Assembly: GCA_977020255.1 (NCBI GenBank)
Contig: CDROCS010002078.1
Location: 310,001 to 374,000, forward strand
Length of the DNA: 64,000 nucleotides
Direction: 5' to 3'
Source: Obrimoposthia wandeli
Lineage: Eukaryota
Below, in pieces: positions 49,435 to 61,973 of this stretch. The notes under the pieces are model-generated. The model was not told where the DNA came from, did not search any database, and saw only the letters and a program-made list of their open reading frames with translations. The position numbers and the translations under genes are program-made. Each line of letters starts with the position of its first letter. Within the stretch, counting starts at the first letter, position 1.

Positions 49435-51403
49435 CTGCTCAACCGGAAAGTTGGGGAAATTAGTTTACAGACATTATTCTCAATATTAATATTTATTGAA
49501 TTTTAATGGATTAAATTTTCTAAGTCAATGTGATAGCTAAATAATTTTATTGATAATCAATCGGTAAATATAATTTCTATACTATTAAACTTATTGTTGT
49601 TAATTAATTCAGAATTTGTCCTAAATGATATTTTAATACGCTACGAAGACAACTGAAAGAGCGTGTGAATCAGAGTGTCGATTTTTGATGATGAATAGAA
49701 TAAAATAGGACATTCAGTGTGGGTTGATAGTTTTGTTCTATGGTACAAGTTTTTTGACAAGTCTTTATCATTAGTTTACTGCATGTTTATTGTTTTAATA
49801 AAACTACTTAAGCTGACTTAATTTGCAATAATTTATTTATACAATGCATTGGCAAAGTACGGAGTTTCATTTGCATCTCGTTTTTAATCAGAGTTACATA
49901 TAACAATTATATAAAGTCTAAAACTGTTGAGATTTGAGTTTTTTATTTGTCAACTTTATCAACTATTTCAGCAAAATAATATCTCATCTATTAGTTATCT
50001 TTGGTCAAGTGTAGCAAAGAGCTAACAACGAATGAGGCTATCAATTTATGTATTACTTTATTTCAATATGTTCTAAACATGTCATCGTCAAATATCAGTT
50101 TTGTTGCTGTTGTTAATCAAAAACTGCCAAAATCAGTAATTTTAACAAAACATTCATTTAAAAAAAATATATATATATTAAAAAATCTAACCTTAGAAAA
50201 TAAAATATCGATCATGTGAGCAAAATAAAATATGAAAACAAACTAATTTATTATTAGCATTTTTATAAATATTTTTAAGAAGCGTTAAGGAAAATTTTTC
50301 AAAGGTGATGGGTATGTAAAAATGGACTTAAAAAAATAACAAAAGGAAAATAACTTTATTAATTAGGGCAATGTTTTGTTAGTCAACAATTTTTTTCATA
50401 AAGTAAATTTTTTTCAAAAAAATTACGTTGTTGAAGAATTATATTTTGAAGCCACAGGTTGTCCAGAGTCAGATTATTGAAGAGCGATAACACATGAAGC
50501 ATTTTTTAAAAAATTGAATTCTTTAGTTTCTTATAGATATAAATACATGATGCAAATAACAAAGAAGTTGATAGAAATGTATACACCGAATTTTTACAAC
50601 AATCTATCGATAAATATATAAAACTGTGACAATGTTGAAAATTCTAGAAGCAGCTGAAGAATTTACTATTCATAAAATTTTTTGAAGGAAAACAGAAAGC
50701 TCTTTTGAGTAAAGAATTATAGAATTATCAGATATTAGTGTCGTATTAAATATTATTGTTATAAGGAATTTCAAAATAATGACTTGGTTTGAAAATCTTT
50801 GTATTAAAATAATTAAATTTATTCTTAACATAGCAAAATTTCATTCATTTTTATTCGAAGAAAATATTGTGACATTGTATAATCTTCACTACGACAATTT
50901 CCTTTTCCAGACTGCATGTTTGAATCAACAAAATGAACGTATTGAAATCCAATTATAAGTTGCATGGGAAATATTTAGAAAGTTATGAGAGACGAAGCAA
51001 AGATATTTCATAACATATGAATTGTTGAACGAAATACAAAGTATACCAGTGGATTTACACAATAATGGAAATACATATTTCATCATTTATATAAATATTT
51101 TTATGTTGCTAATTTTATTGTTATATTATAAAATAGTGATCATATATTTAACTTTAATAAAATATAGCTTTTAACTAGAGTAGATACAAAATTAACGTCA
51201 TTTCTAAAGGTTTCTAAATTCATATTTTTAATTTAAATAAAAACAAAATGAAAAGATAAAACATTGCAATTATTTTAGAAATATGAAGTGTAAAGGAAAT
51301 GTAGCACCAAATAATAGAGAGAGTATCATTATTATAAAAGTAAAATTGTCAGATTAAGGAATGTTGAATAAGATAAATAAAATAATTATTTATGTTAAAA
51401 AAT

Positions 51404-52819
51404 TGTAACCTTAAAATCAAATGTCAAAAGGAATTTAAATAGAAAATTAAAAATAAATTGATTTTAGAATAAAATATCGAATTAAAATAAATTAGGACCT
51501 TGAAGAGGTCGTGAGGAAATGTGTGTGGAATGAGTAGAACAGTGCGAGAAGGACCCGAGGAAGATAAATCTAGTGGGGAAGGATGAGTGGATTTCGAAAA
51601 GGAAGTTGAGATTTAGTTAAGTATGAAGAACTGGAACATATTAGTCGCGGAACTCAAACTCCATTTGTTCGTTAAGAAGCACTCAGGCAGGAATACTTCG
51701 AGACACAGCCGCCATCTCCCATCTTCAGAGGCCGCGAGAAGTGAGATGTGAGTAAATTTGATATATAAAGAAAAATTAATTCTCAGTTATTACAGAAAAT
51801 TATCAGAATAGCAGAAAAATTCGGAACTACAGATATTCAAATTAGCAAATTCGGAACTACTGATATTCAAATTATTAAATGTGTAACTAAATATATTCAA
51901 ATTGGCAAATTCCGAACTACCGATATTTAAATTGAACTGGTGAGCAAAAAACCCGACTTACATAAAGGACATTTTTTTGAATAAAGACGAATTGAATTTT
52001 AAGTACATTTTTGAGTAAAGACGAATTTAATTTCAAGTACATTTTGAGTAAAGAAGAATTAAATTTTTAAGTACATTTTAGAGTAAAGACGAGTTGGATT
52101 TTAAAGTACATTTCAAGTAAAAGACGTTGAAGTTTTAAGTACATTTCAAGTAAAACGACGTTATTGAATTAGTCGGCAATAACATATTAAATTAAAGAGA
52201 TAGATAAACGGGTAGAAAGGCACGGGGAATAATTTGAAGGGTGATTATAGCAGGAGGCGTAGAAAGGTATACGCATAGAAAAGTATCAACCCTTTTGTGT
52301 ATTCTGTAGAAATTTTAGAAAGTTTTAAGTGTGCTAAGTTAGATATAGTTATTTTAGCGAAATCGAAAGAAGATTCATTCCTAGTTAAATTCCTTGTGAA
52401 ATTCGTTTGCTCCCTAACATATAGATTAGCCGAGGGACAACCCACGAGACGATATTCCACGTGCTGACAGATTCAAAGGAGTATTGTCTACGTCGATTGG
52501 TCCCGGCTATGTTTCATCGATATTCGTTCTTGGTGTTGTCAGACCCTTCCTACCTAAAGGTTAACTCAGCTGATAAACTATCCACTCTGCGTTACATCAC
52601 ACCACACTAGCTTTGGGGCCCTACTAGCTATTCTGTGAACACAACTCCTTGAACACACAACAAAACAATAAGACACAAAACCTTCAGATTGAGACTAGAA
52701 TTAAGTAGGACACGAACAGATAGGCCACATTCATCTATAAGCCCTATCTCTACAGAACTCATGTTAGGAGACCTCCATACGAGGATCTACTTGAAGAGTT
52801 TCAAATAGAAACCCAAACA
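51404..52819 (+). mobile_element. Solo LTR 3 (diverged subfamily), intronic
   Basis: TGTAAC...CCAAACA ends with 4-bp TSD AAAT (51400-03 and 52820-23). Internal ~30-bp and ~33-bp arrays. Confidence 0.85.
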
Positions 52820-52858
52820 AAATTATGCATTGAGCCATATCATATGAAGAATACGTAC

Positions 52859-53329
52859 CTCTACTACAAGGATGTCGAGACCATGTACGACCCAATGATA
52901 TCGAGGTCTTGGATAGCCATAACCATGACACACTACAGGCTCACCGATGCCCATAGTAGGGCGAACATTTACCACAAACATTTGGCTTGGTGGCGCTTCT
53001 ACTCGCACCAGTTGCTGAAGAGAGCCAATAATCTTAACATTGTTTTTCTTGAACGCAACACTGCAAGTAAAATTGACTTTGGATCCCGCGTGATAGGACT
53101 TGAGGTGTATGAACTGTTGGTTGGGATACACATGATGATCTGTGGGGTTAGGCCCAACTTGGACGCTGATGGTGAAGACCAGCTGGTCGCTGCATGTATT
53201 GTGGCCGGCCTGACACATGATGCTTTCGCCCTGTCTATAGAATATCCGGTACGGCGTAAAACGGAGATCCGGCTTCACCAGACTGCAATCTGCAGTGGAA
53301 GGAGGAGAAGCATTCTTCCAACTGTACGA
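52859..53329 (-). CDS. Ig-superfamily gene, exon encoding ~1.5 Ig-like domains
   Basis: aaacag| acceptor and |gtacgt donor, 471 nt, phase 0/0. GESIMCQA...VNFTCSV and GEPVVCHGYGYPRPRYHW. Confidence 0.8.
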
Positions 53330-55919
53330 CTGTTTAAATAAAATATATCTATTCGAAATTGAACGCTTGCAGAAGTTGAGAACAAATATTTCCATGTATG
53401 TTTTCCAAATTCTGGATTTTTTAATTTGTTTTATTATAGATTATAATATTCAAGTGCGAACCCAGGGGTGTGACTCCGGGGATTCTAAAGCGCCTCCCTT
53501 AAAGACAGGGTACGTTTCATTATTATCATTTTTATTCAAATGTCACGTCAATTCTAAATATAATTTCAATGTCCCCTGGTATTCTCATCAGTGAAATAAA
53601 TCCACCTGTGACCTCACAAATGGATTCTAAAGCCATCCCAAGTTCTTCTGTAAACAGAAGCTGAGTCGCTCTGGTTTTCTTCAGGCACTTCTCAACATTA
53701 ACCGCAGCTTAACTGTCATAATATGTCGTATCGGAAGATCTTTTAAAAAGGCTCAAATATAATCTTTTTCAGACATGCTTGATATGTATGATAGTTTTTT
53801 TTGCCTTTACTAACAAAAATGTTATCAATGATGATGAATACATAAAATAAATTTTAGATTGATAACTCCTGATGAAGAGGATATTACAAAAAAGGATGAA
53901 TATATCGAGACAATTGAAGTTCTAAATATGGTGAAGAAGATTGAACAATGGTAAATGACATACTCTCTGACAGAAATGGGTAACATTAATTATACTCGGA
54001 ACACATATTGGTATAAATATAATTTGTGTGTGGAATCTAACTCTTGAATTATGTCTACGATAGAAAACATAACTTTAATCTGCAAAGCAATTCAGTTGAT
54101 GCACTCTCCAGTTCCCAGATGTTCAACAATCTATGTTCCTATTTAACGAATATTAGCCAACAAGTGAGCAAGAAGCTCGCAGAATGGTTTTAGAAGAAAA
54201 AAAACTTGTTGACTCCGTTGGATCTTAGCCAACAATGACTAGAATATGTGGACGTTAAACAGAGAGCCAACTACCAAAGTGAAGGTGCCCGTTCTTGGAT
54301 ATTCTGTTCGTTAAAAAATAACTTGTAAAACCATCAGTGCACCCAGATTAGATCGGTACTTCTACATCTGATGGTCTTGCATGTGATTTCATTTAGTCGT
54401 CTGAAACCCCTGAAAACTTCGTTATCTCGAATCAATGGGTAATGCAAGACTTTTTTCCCACCGTCACATCAGCAATAGTTTTGTGAAAGTGAATTGTAGA
54501 CGTATTGAGCTATAAATAATAGATGTCGGTATTTAATGTGGAATATTAAATTATTTGATAAGTCCGTACAAATAATAAAGTTTCCTATTCTGTTCTTTAT
54601 GGTGCTCTTTTCTGAAATTTAAAAACGATATCTAAACTTTTTACCACGGCTCCTGCTCTGAGACATGAAACTTGATTTCGAACCAACTTTCCAAAATATG
54701 TGGAACAGAATTGAAGAACACGATTCTGGGTGACCATCAAAACATAGATGTCCAAAAGGGGAGGATTTCTGTAATATTAAAAAGTGTGGTAGTTCTAAAG
54801 ATATTTCTAATGATTAAATGACAAGCTAGTAAATTACAAAATATTGGGTTGATCGAATCTTAACAAACAGTCCACAAACGACGTCATATAAATGCTTTTG
54901 AATTGGAAGATTTGACATTTAATGAAGAACGATGAATAATTGAAGAATCCCCCCATTGTTGGTGATTTGATGGACGTCATTGTCAGGAAACAGAAATACT
55001 GTGACGATACAGAAAAGAATATTTGCAGGCACTAGAAGTTTGAGTAATTGATGGCCACAGACAATTGCACTCAAGCGACTACTTTTTGACGTAGAGATTT
55101 ACAAAATAATATATTTCTGTAGTATATTTCAACACTACTTTAGTACCTCTAAATTATCGTGATAAACAATGAATTTATTTCTTTAACAAGTGAAGATATC
55201 TTAGAATGATTTTTCTTAAGTCAACTGAAAGAAAAGTATAATAAATCAGATTATCAAAGAGTTTTAACATTTGCGCGTATACCCCTTAAAGTATATTTAC
55301 ATCAATTTGATTGTTCAAATTATAACATCGTTATGAAATTAATAATGCTTCAACAACTCTTCTTGTCTGTTTTTAAATATCAACAAACTTCTTTTAGAAT
55401 TTAATTTCCATTCCCGAATTTTGTAGGGAATAAAATGACAACATAATCATTCTTCTCATGATAATTGACATATTTTAAAGTATTACTTTAATTTTATTTC
55501 ATTTCTGTCTTATTTTTTTTATAATTTACGAAGGAATATCTGAGTAATAAAATAATCAAAATTAAATAAAAGTAAATATTTATAATATATCCTTAATATC
55601 ACTCATATTTGCTAAATATATGTAAAAACTGAAAACTGAAAGTTTGAATTAAACGATCAAATTAATTTTCTCAAAATTTCAAACTGATTTTGAAAGAATT
55701 ATTTATACGGGTTACATAAATAAATATATTGAACTCCATTTTTTGTATAAATAAAACTACAGTTATAAATATTAATGAAGTTAAACTCAATTTTGAAGTA
55801 ATATTTCATTTTGTACCAAAACTTTTGAAATACACTACGCTATTGTATATGTTCAGGACTAATGGATAAACCGAAAACCAAAAATCGTATGTTTTAAAAT
55901 AAATTCTTGGGAAGATAAG

Positions 55920-56370
55920 TAGGTCGTAATTGAGCTTTGGGGATATGGATGCAGTCTCCATCAGTTTTGACATTCGCAGTAGTTTCGCAGTTGCGACAAA
56001 GGGATAAACTGATGCCAGAATCACATCCAATGAGAATGAAAATGCAATTTTATGCAGGTGTTGTGTGCTACAGCCGATGGGGAAACATTCACATCTTCAG
56101 TGATGTTCAAACGAAAACTATTCCTAAAGGTCACTTTAATAAAGGAGTTGTCGCTATTGGTTAGAAAATATGTGGCATAAACGTAAGAATTCAAACAGTT
56201 TTAATTTTCCTCGACATCACTTCACAGAAAAAGTCAAAGTATTTACGATTGGCTGTCATTCCTGGAGAGCTGACATCCAAATTACAGTTACTGAAGATGC
56301 TGCAGTTAACTACTCAAAGTTGCTGATTTGTGGAGCGTCTTTGAATAATAATTCCCACAACTATCGATAA
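55920..56370 (+). mobile_element. Pogo-family (DDE_1) transposase remnant
   Basis: GDMDAVSISFDI...VATKG...VLCATADGE...VMFKRK-IPKG...WLENMWHKR. Confidence 0.75.
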
Positions 56371-58464
56371 ATTGGCGCTGTATTAAAGACGTTCCTGTTT
56401 AGAAGAAAAAAATTCCCACAACTATCGATAAATTGGCGCTGTATTAAAGACGTTCCTGTAAATGAATATTTAAAAATAAATATATTATACAAAATAATTT
56501 TTTTTGTAATATACATTTTTTAATTTATTTTTGATAACCCCTAAAACATTTTTTATTTAAAGACTATTAAAACTTCTAAAATATTTTATTTATGCTGAAA
56601 CTAAAAATTATAATAAACTTATTTAAAATCACTTAAATATAATTTGAAATATTATGAACTTAAAGTAATACTTTTAATCAAAATTGGATTCTCAAATTAT
56701 CTTTTAATTAGCAAATATCAAGCATAAATTCATCGTCAATTTAATATGATTAACCTATACAACTAAAATAATTAAGACTGAAGGATTATTCCCTTGTAAA
56801 ATAGTATTTGTATGATTTTTTTTAAAAGGTCACCTTAAGTCCAAAAAATAAACGATGGATACCAGCTGATCTCTGATAAATATTTACACTGATGTACTAC
56901 GATTTGTCAATATTGTTTAGATCCGGAAATGTAGATCATAACCGGATATTTTCGCATCTTGCTATATATATGTTTTGTACACTGAAAACACTCTGAATAA
57001 TAAATATAAACACAGATCTCGAAATATATACGCAATCTGTATTGAATTTGTTTATACAATGTCCCATGAACATTTGGATAAGTTGGTAAAAATGTTCCAC
57101 AAAAACTCTATTGAAGCCCATAACCGACGTTAACAGCACACACGTATTTAATTTTTATTTACTACTATTTATTGCATATTTAAGAATGTACTTTACAATA
57201 AATGTACTCAAACAAATAACTACCTTTCATAAGGAAATTTTCTACGTATTGTTAGGGAAATTATCATAAATGTCGACTCGATCAGAATTCTAACTCAAAT
57301 GTAATGATAATTTATATCATCAATGAGTCTTTCAGACTCCCACACGGATATGTACGTGTTTAACCTTATCAAATGTGTACTTTGAATGGTAATTTGACTT
57401 ATTTCGTAATTGTAACAAAGTGTTTAAACTTTATAAAGTTAAAACAAGTAGTATTTATTAAGAAATGTATTCTATAAATGAGTAAAATCCGTCTACCAAG
57501 AAATCTACGGCAATAGGCCGAGTATGTAATTCATTTGGCGAGTCTCTTGGGGTTAAGTTGTTTTTGAAACTGGTTTAAAGTTAATTATGAAATGAGGGCC
57601 GAAAGAGTTTAATGCACTTTAAGTGCTTGTGTGCGAGCTGGTGAAGTTGAGTGTGTGGGTTTGGCTATATAAATGGCCATATATAATGGGATGTTCAGTC
57701 CTAAAGTTTTGATGTTGTGGGTCAGTGCAGTTTGTAACATATAAACGTTTTAGTAGACAATCAGATTCTGAACGAACATTTCAGAAAACATCGAATGCGT
57801 AGAGATAAAACTAACTTTAATCAACCTTCCCGTAAATTCGAGAATATTTTATGTTTACCACCAACACTGGGTGATAATTGAAGCATTTTAATCACAAATA
57901 TAAAAGTCTACTGTTACGTTTGATATTATAGTAATTTTCCCATTTTTGCATTGCAATGTTCCTCTTGTACTTTCATGGCTCAGCGGTTTGGGAAATGAGT
58001 CGTTCAATTTCATTGTTGTGATATGTTTTCTATACAATGAGGATTTTTTCACCGATTTATTCTGCATGCCTGACATCGTCTAACCACAGAATTTGCCGCT
58101 ACTTTTCATCACACCTCAATTATGTTTGTTACTATCATTTATAATTGTTCTTGCTATCCCAACCAGGCCAGCTCATAGTGGGCAAAATGGCATGAGCTTA
58201 CAAAATTTAGAGTGGCCCATTTTCCAAAGTTTTGTTAAATAATAATTGAATTCTTTTCAGTAAATTACATTTGATTTGGGTAAATCAAATAAAATTTTAT
58301 GAAGAAATATTTTTAAATCAATTAATTTTTTATTAAATTAAACCGATTTGTCAAGTACTTTTACAGGCCTAAAATTTTCCTTGGTCCGGGAACGACCTTT
58401 GCACGGGCAATCCCACATTATTGAGTTTACTACCTTAACTAGAAATTGTGAAGAACATTAGTAG

Positions 58465-58615
58465 TGTTGGCCTACCATAAGAAACTAGATCCACGTCTGG
58501 AGGCCCCCAACGCGAGTTCTGTAGCGATAGGGTTTACATATGGATGTGGCCTACCATAAAAATTCAGAAATGTATTTTATTTCTACTACAGATACAATTT
58601 CTCCTGTTACGTATA
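58465..58615 (-). mobile_element. Opposite-orientation LTR 3' end (LTR-3-like) interrupted by the young element
   Basis: tagatccacgtctggaggcccccaacgcgagttctgtagcgatagggtttacatatggatgtggcctac is a close reverse complement of 52720-52790. Confidence 0.7.
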
Positions 58616-60646
58616 TGTTAGGTTTGAGAATTAAGAAATTTAAATATTTTAGTAGATTAAATACTAAAATAAAAATCCTTGAAAGCAAGGTTGAAAAATA
58701 AATTAAAATATTAATTTTAGTTTTAGAAGTGAAATTAGTGGAATTTAGGGTAAAAATTAAGAGGACCACGAAGGTCGTGTATAATGTGAAATGTATAAAA
58801 GTTAAATTAATTAACCCAAAATTGCAAGATATTAAAAAGAAAAACGACTAATTAAGAAAGTCAATCAAATAACTATTTAGCATTCCCCAAGAAGTTGATT
58901 GACAAGTCGTCAATTAAAGTAAGTCTTTTTGTATAAGCAAGTGAACTCAAATTATTTCAGCTGTCGTGATTGACAGAGTTGCTCTCTTTTGCCTCTATAT
59001 CAGCTGTCGTGATTGACAGAGTTGCTCTCCTTTGCCTCTATATAAGGCAGATCCCCATTACGAGAAATCACAAATACGGAATCAACTACAGAGTCGACTG
59101 GACCACAAATCGGTAAGTAGTGATCAAAAAATTAATAGAGTTAAAATTATTAGAACAATTTATTCTGACAAGCCGATTTGAAAAGAGTATAGTATCCGAT
59201 TTGAAAAGAGTATCCGATTTGAAAAGAGTATCCGATTTGAAAAGAGTATCCGATTTGAAAAGAGTATCCGATTTGAAAAAGTATCCGATTTGAAAAGAGT
59301 ATCCGATTTGAAAAGAGTATCCGATTTGAAAAGAGTATCCGATTTGAAAAAGTATCCGATTTGAAAAGAGTATCCGATTTGAAAAGAGTATCCGATTTGA
59401 AAAGAGTATCCGATTTGAAAAGAGTATCCGATTTGAAAAGAGTATCCGATTTGAAAAGAGTATCCGATTTGAAAAAGTATCCGATTTGAAAAGAGTATCC
59501 GATTTGAAAAGAGTATAGTATCCGATTTGAAAAGAGTATCCGATTTGAAAAGAGTATCCGATTTGAAAAGAATATCCGATTTGAAAAGAATATCAATTTA
59601 AGACGATTTGAAAAGAACTTACAATTTATTTCTGGAAAGAAGACGATCCCACAAGTTCGTCAAAACCACCTACGGACCCTACATCGGACAGCACACTAGT
59701 CGCAGTAATTGGTAAGCCAACCGACTAGAGCATTCATTGCCCCTAGTTGGCAATTAGGATACCTTCATTACCCCTTGTTGGTAATTCTAAATTTTGACCT
59801 AGTAAACAAATTCATTGTCCCTAGCTGGCAATTAGGATTTCCGACTCTTTAACTCAATCATTGCCCCTAGTTGGCAATTAAGATCATCTATTTACTCATT
59901 GTCCCCAGCGACAATTAGGAATTATACCAGACTTTTTCCCGTAAGATTCATTGTCCCTAGCTGACAATTCGGTTCATTCATTGTCCCTAGTTGACAATTC
60001 GGACAAATACTCATTGTCCCTAGTTGACAATTCGGTAAGACTCATTGTCCCTAGCTGACAATTCGGTTCGTTCATTGTCCGTAGTTGACAATTAGGAGTA
60101 AGTTTTCATTGTCATCTTTGACAATTAGGTTTTTAGGAGACCCATTGTTCACAGTGGACAATTCGGGGTCAAACACACAGCAGATAGAGTTAAGGAATCA
60201 AGAAACTTTATCTAGAGATAAGAAGTAGGAGCGAAGAAAATTAAGAGAGTTGCGTTATAGATTAACCAACCTAAGTAAGAAGAATAACCCTAAAAACTTA
60301 TTCACCTGAACGTAAAATCGATACGTGGTTCATCCCCACTTCTTGTAGAGACTTACAGAAGTCCTAGGAATTTTATCATACTTTTTAGAAATACGTACAT
60401 AAACGTATTGTTGTGTTAGTTACGTGAATTACAAATAAACAATTTCCTACATTAGAACAAGTTGTTTTTACACCCTTCAGAATAAGAGACATCAAATCAA
60501 ATACCTTCAGATAGTACAAGAGATTAGGCAACCATAACACTAAGTAGGCCACGACCAACTTTAAGACCTGCTTCTAATCGAACTCACGTTGGGGCCCTCC
60601 GCACATTAAGAGGATCTGTACCAAGTTTCGTATAGAAACCCCAACA
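58616..60646 (+). mobile_element. 5' LTR of a Gypsy-like retrotransposon that continues past the window
   Basis: TGTTAGG...CCCCAACA ends. TATA-like ctatataagg at ~59036. Followed by a PBS and gag. Confidence 0.9.
59172..59600. repeat. 18-bp tandem array inside LTR 4
   Basis: (tatccgatttgaaaagag)n, ~23 copies. Confidence 0.95.
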
Positions 60647-60654
60647 TATTAAAG

Positions 60655-60673
60655 TGGTGCCCCGAGTGAGGAT
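60655..60673 (+). promoter_or_regulatory. Primer-binding site, elongator tRNA-Met type
   Basis: TGGTGCCCCGAGTGAGGAT, 8 nt after the LTR. One mismatch to the complement of the eukaryotic elongator tRNA-Met 3' end (TGGTGCCCCGTGTGAGGAT, recalled from memory). Confidence 0.75.
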
Positions 60674-60689
60674 AGCTCGTCGGACACAG

Positions 60690-61460
60690 CGAATTCACGT
60701 AGAATAAGTTCAGATAAGTTTTGGAAAATTGAGAATAAGTTTCAGGTGAATAGAATAAGTTCAGATAAGTTGCAGATAATTGAGAATAAGTTTCAGGTAA
60801 ATAGAATAAGTACAGATATTAAGAATAAGTTTCAGATATTGAGAATAAGTTTCAGATATTAAGAATAAGTTTCAGATATTGAGAATAAGTTTCAGATAAA
60901 TTGAGAATAAGTTTCAGATAAATTGAGAATAAGTTTCAGCAGAAGAATATAGACAATTGAGAATAAGTTTCAGAAGAAGATATAAGTAAATCGAGATAAG
61001 AATTTGATAAGTGTTGAGAAATCGAGTAGATTTGTTCCTCGAAGTTAAGAATTTGATAAGTGTTGAGAAATCGAGTAGATTTGTTCCTCGAAGTTAAGAA
61101 TTTGATAAGTGTTGAGAAATCGGGTAGATTTGTTCCTCGAAGTTAAGAATTTGATAAGTTTTTGAGAAATCGAGTAGATTTGTTCCTCGAAGTTAAGAAT
61201 TTGATAAGTGTTGAGAAATCGGGTAGATTTGTTCCTCGAAGTTAAGAATTTGATAAGTGTTGAGAAATCGAGTAGATTTGTTCCTCGAAGTTAAGAATTT
61301 GATAAGTGTTGAGAAATCGGGTAGATTTGTTCCTCGAAGTTAAGAATTTGATAAGTTTTGAGAAATCGGGTAGATTTGTTCCTCGAAGTTAAGAATTTGA
61401 TAAGTTTTGAGAAGTCGAGTGGATTTGTTCCTCGAGTCAGTAAATTTTATAAGTGAGAAT
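60690..61460. repeat. Leader tandem arrays (~20-bp unit, then 49-bp unit)
   Basis: gagaataagtttcagatatt-like repeats to ~60970, then aagaatttgataagtgttgagaaatcgagtagatttgttcctcgaagtt repeated ~9 times. Confidence 0.9.
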
Positions 61461-61973
61461 CGAGTGGATTGATACTCGAAGTAATTAATTGAATAGGTTA
61501 AGTCGGGAGACTCTGTCCTCGAACTAATTAAAGAGATAAAAAATCGTAAAATAAGAATTGTGAAATAAGATAAAAATAATAAGTATATTGATATCGTAAA
61601 CGAATACATAATTGATAAGACAACGGATAATAGAAAAGGACCCGCGTTTAATACTAGAAGACAAAGCCAGATTCCCAAGGAAGAGACAAATAATAATAAA
61701 GTTAACCGAATTGAACAGGTTCCCCAAACAGATAACAAAGTAACAGAAAAGACTAGAGTCGAAGAAAACGTATCAGAAAGAGACGTAAATCAATCAGCAG
61801 TTTCAACCGATAGTTTTGATCTGACTGAGTTAATTGGTGACATAAACCCAGAAGAAATTGATAATCTTGAAGTTCAAAACCCAGAAGAAATTGAAATTGC
61901 CAATCCAGTAGTGATTGAAGAAGTTCAAGTAAATAATATTGAAGGAATAGTTGAAGAGGATATAGCTGAAAAT

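Noticed and set aside
53600-53730. Possible upstream exon of the Ig gene
   Set aside because: The candidate acceptor gives stops in all three frames and no Ig motif.
58465-60646. Terminal inverted repeats on LTR 4 (DIRS-like or DNA-transposon-like)
   Set aside because: The other LTRs start at TGTTAG/TGTAAC with clean 4-bp TSDs and lack this extension. It is better explained as a nested, inverted LTR fragment.
60655-60673. tRNA gene
   Set aside because: Only the 19-nt complement of a tRNA 3' end is present, which is a primer-binding site.
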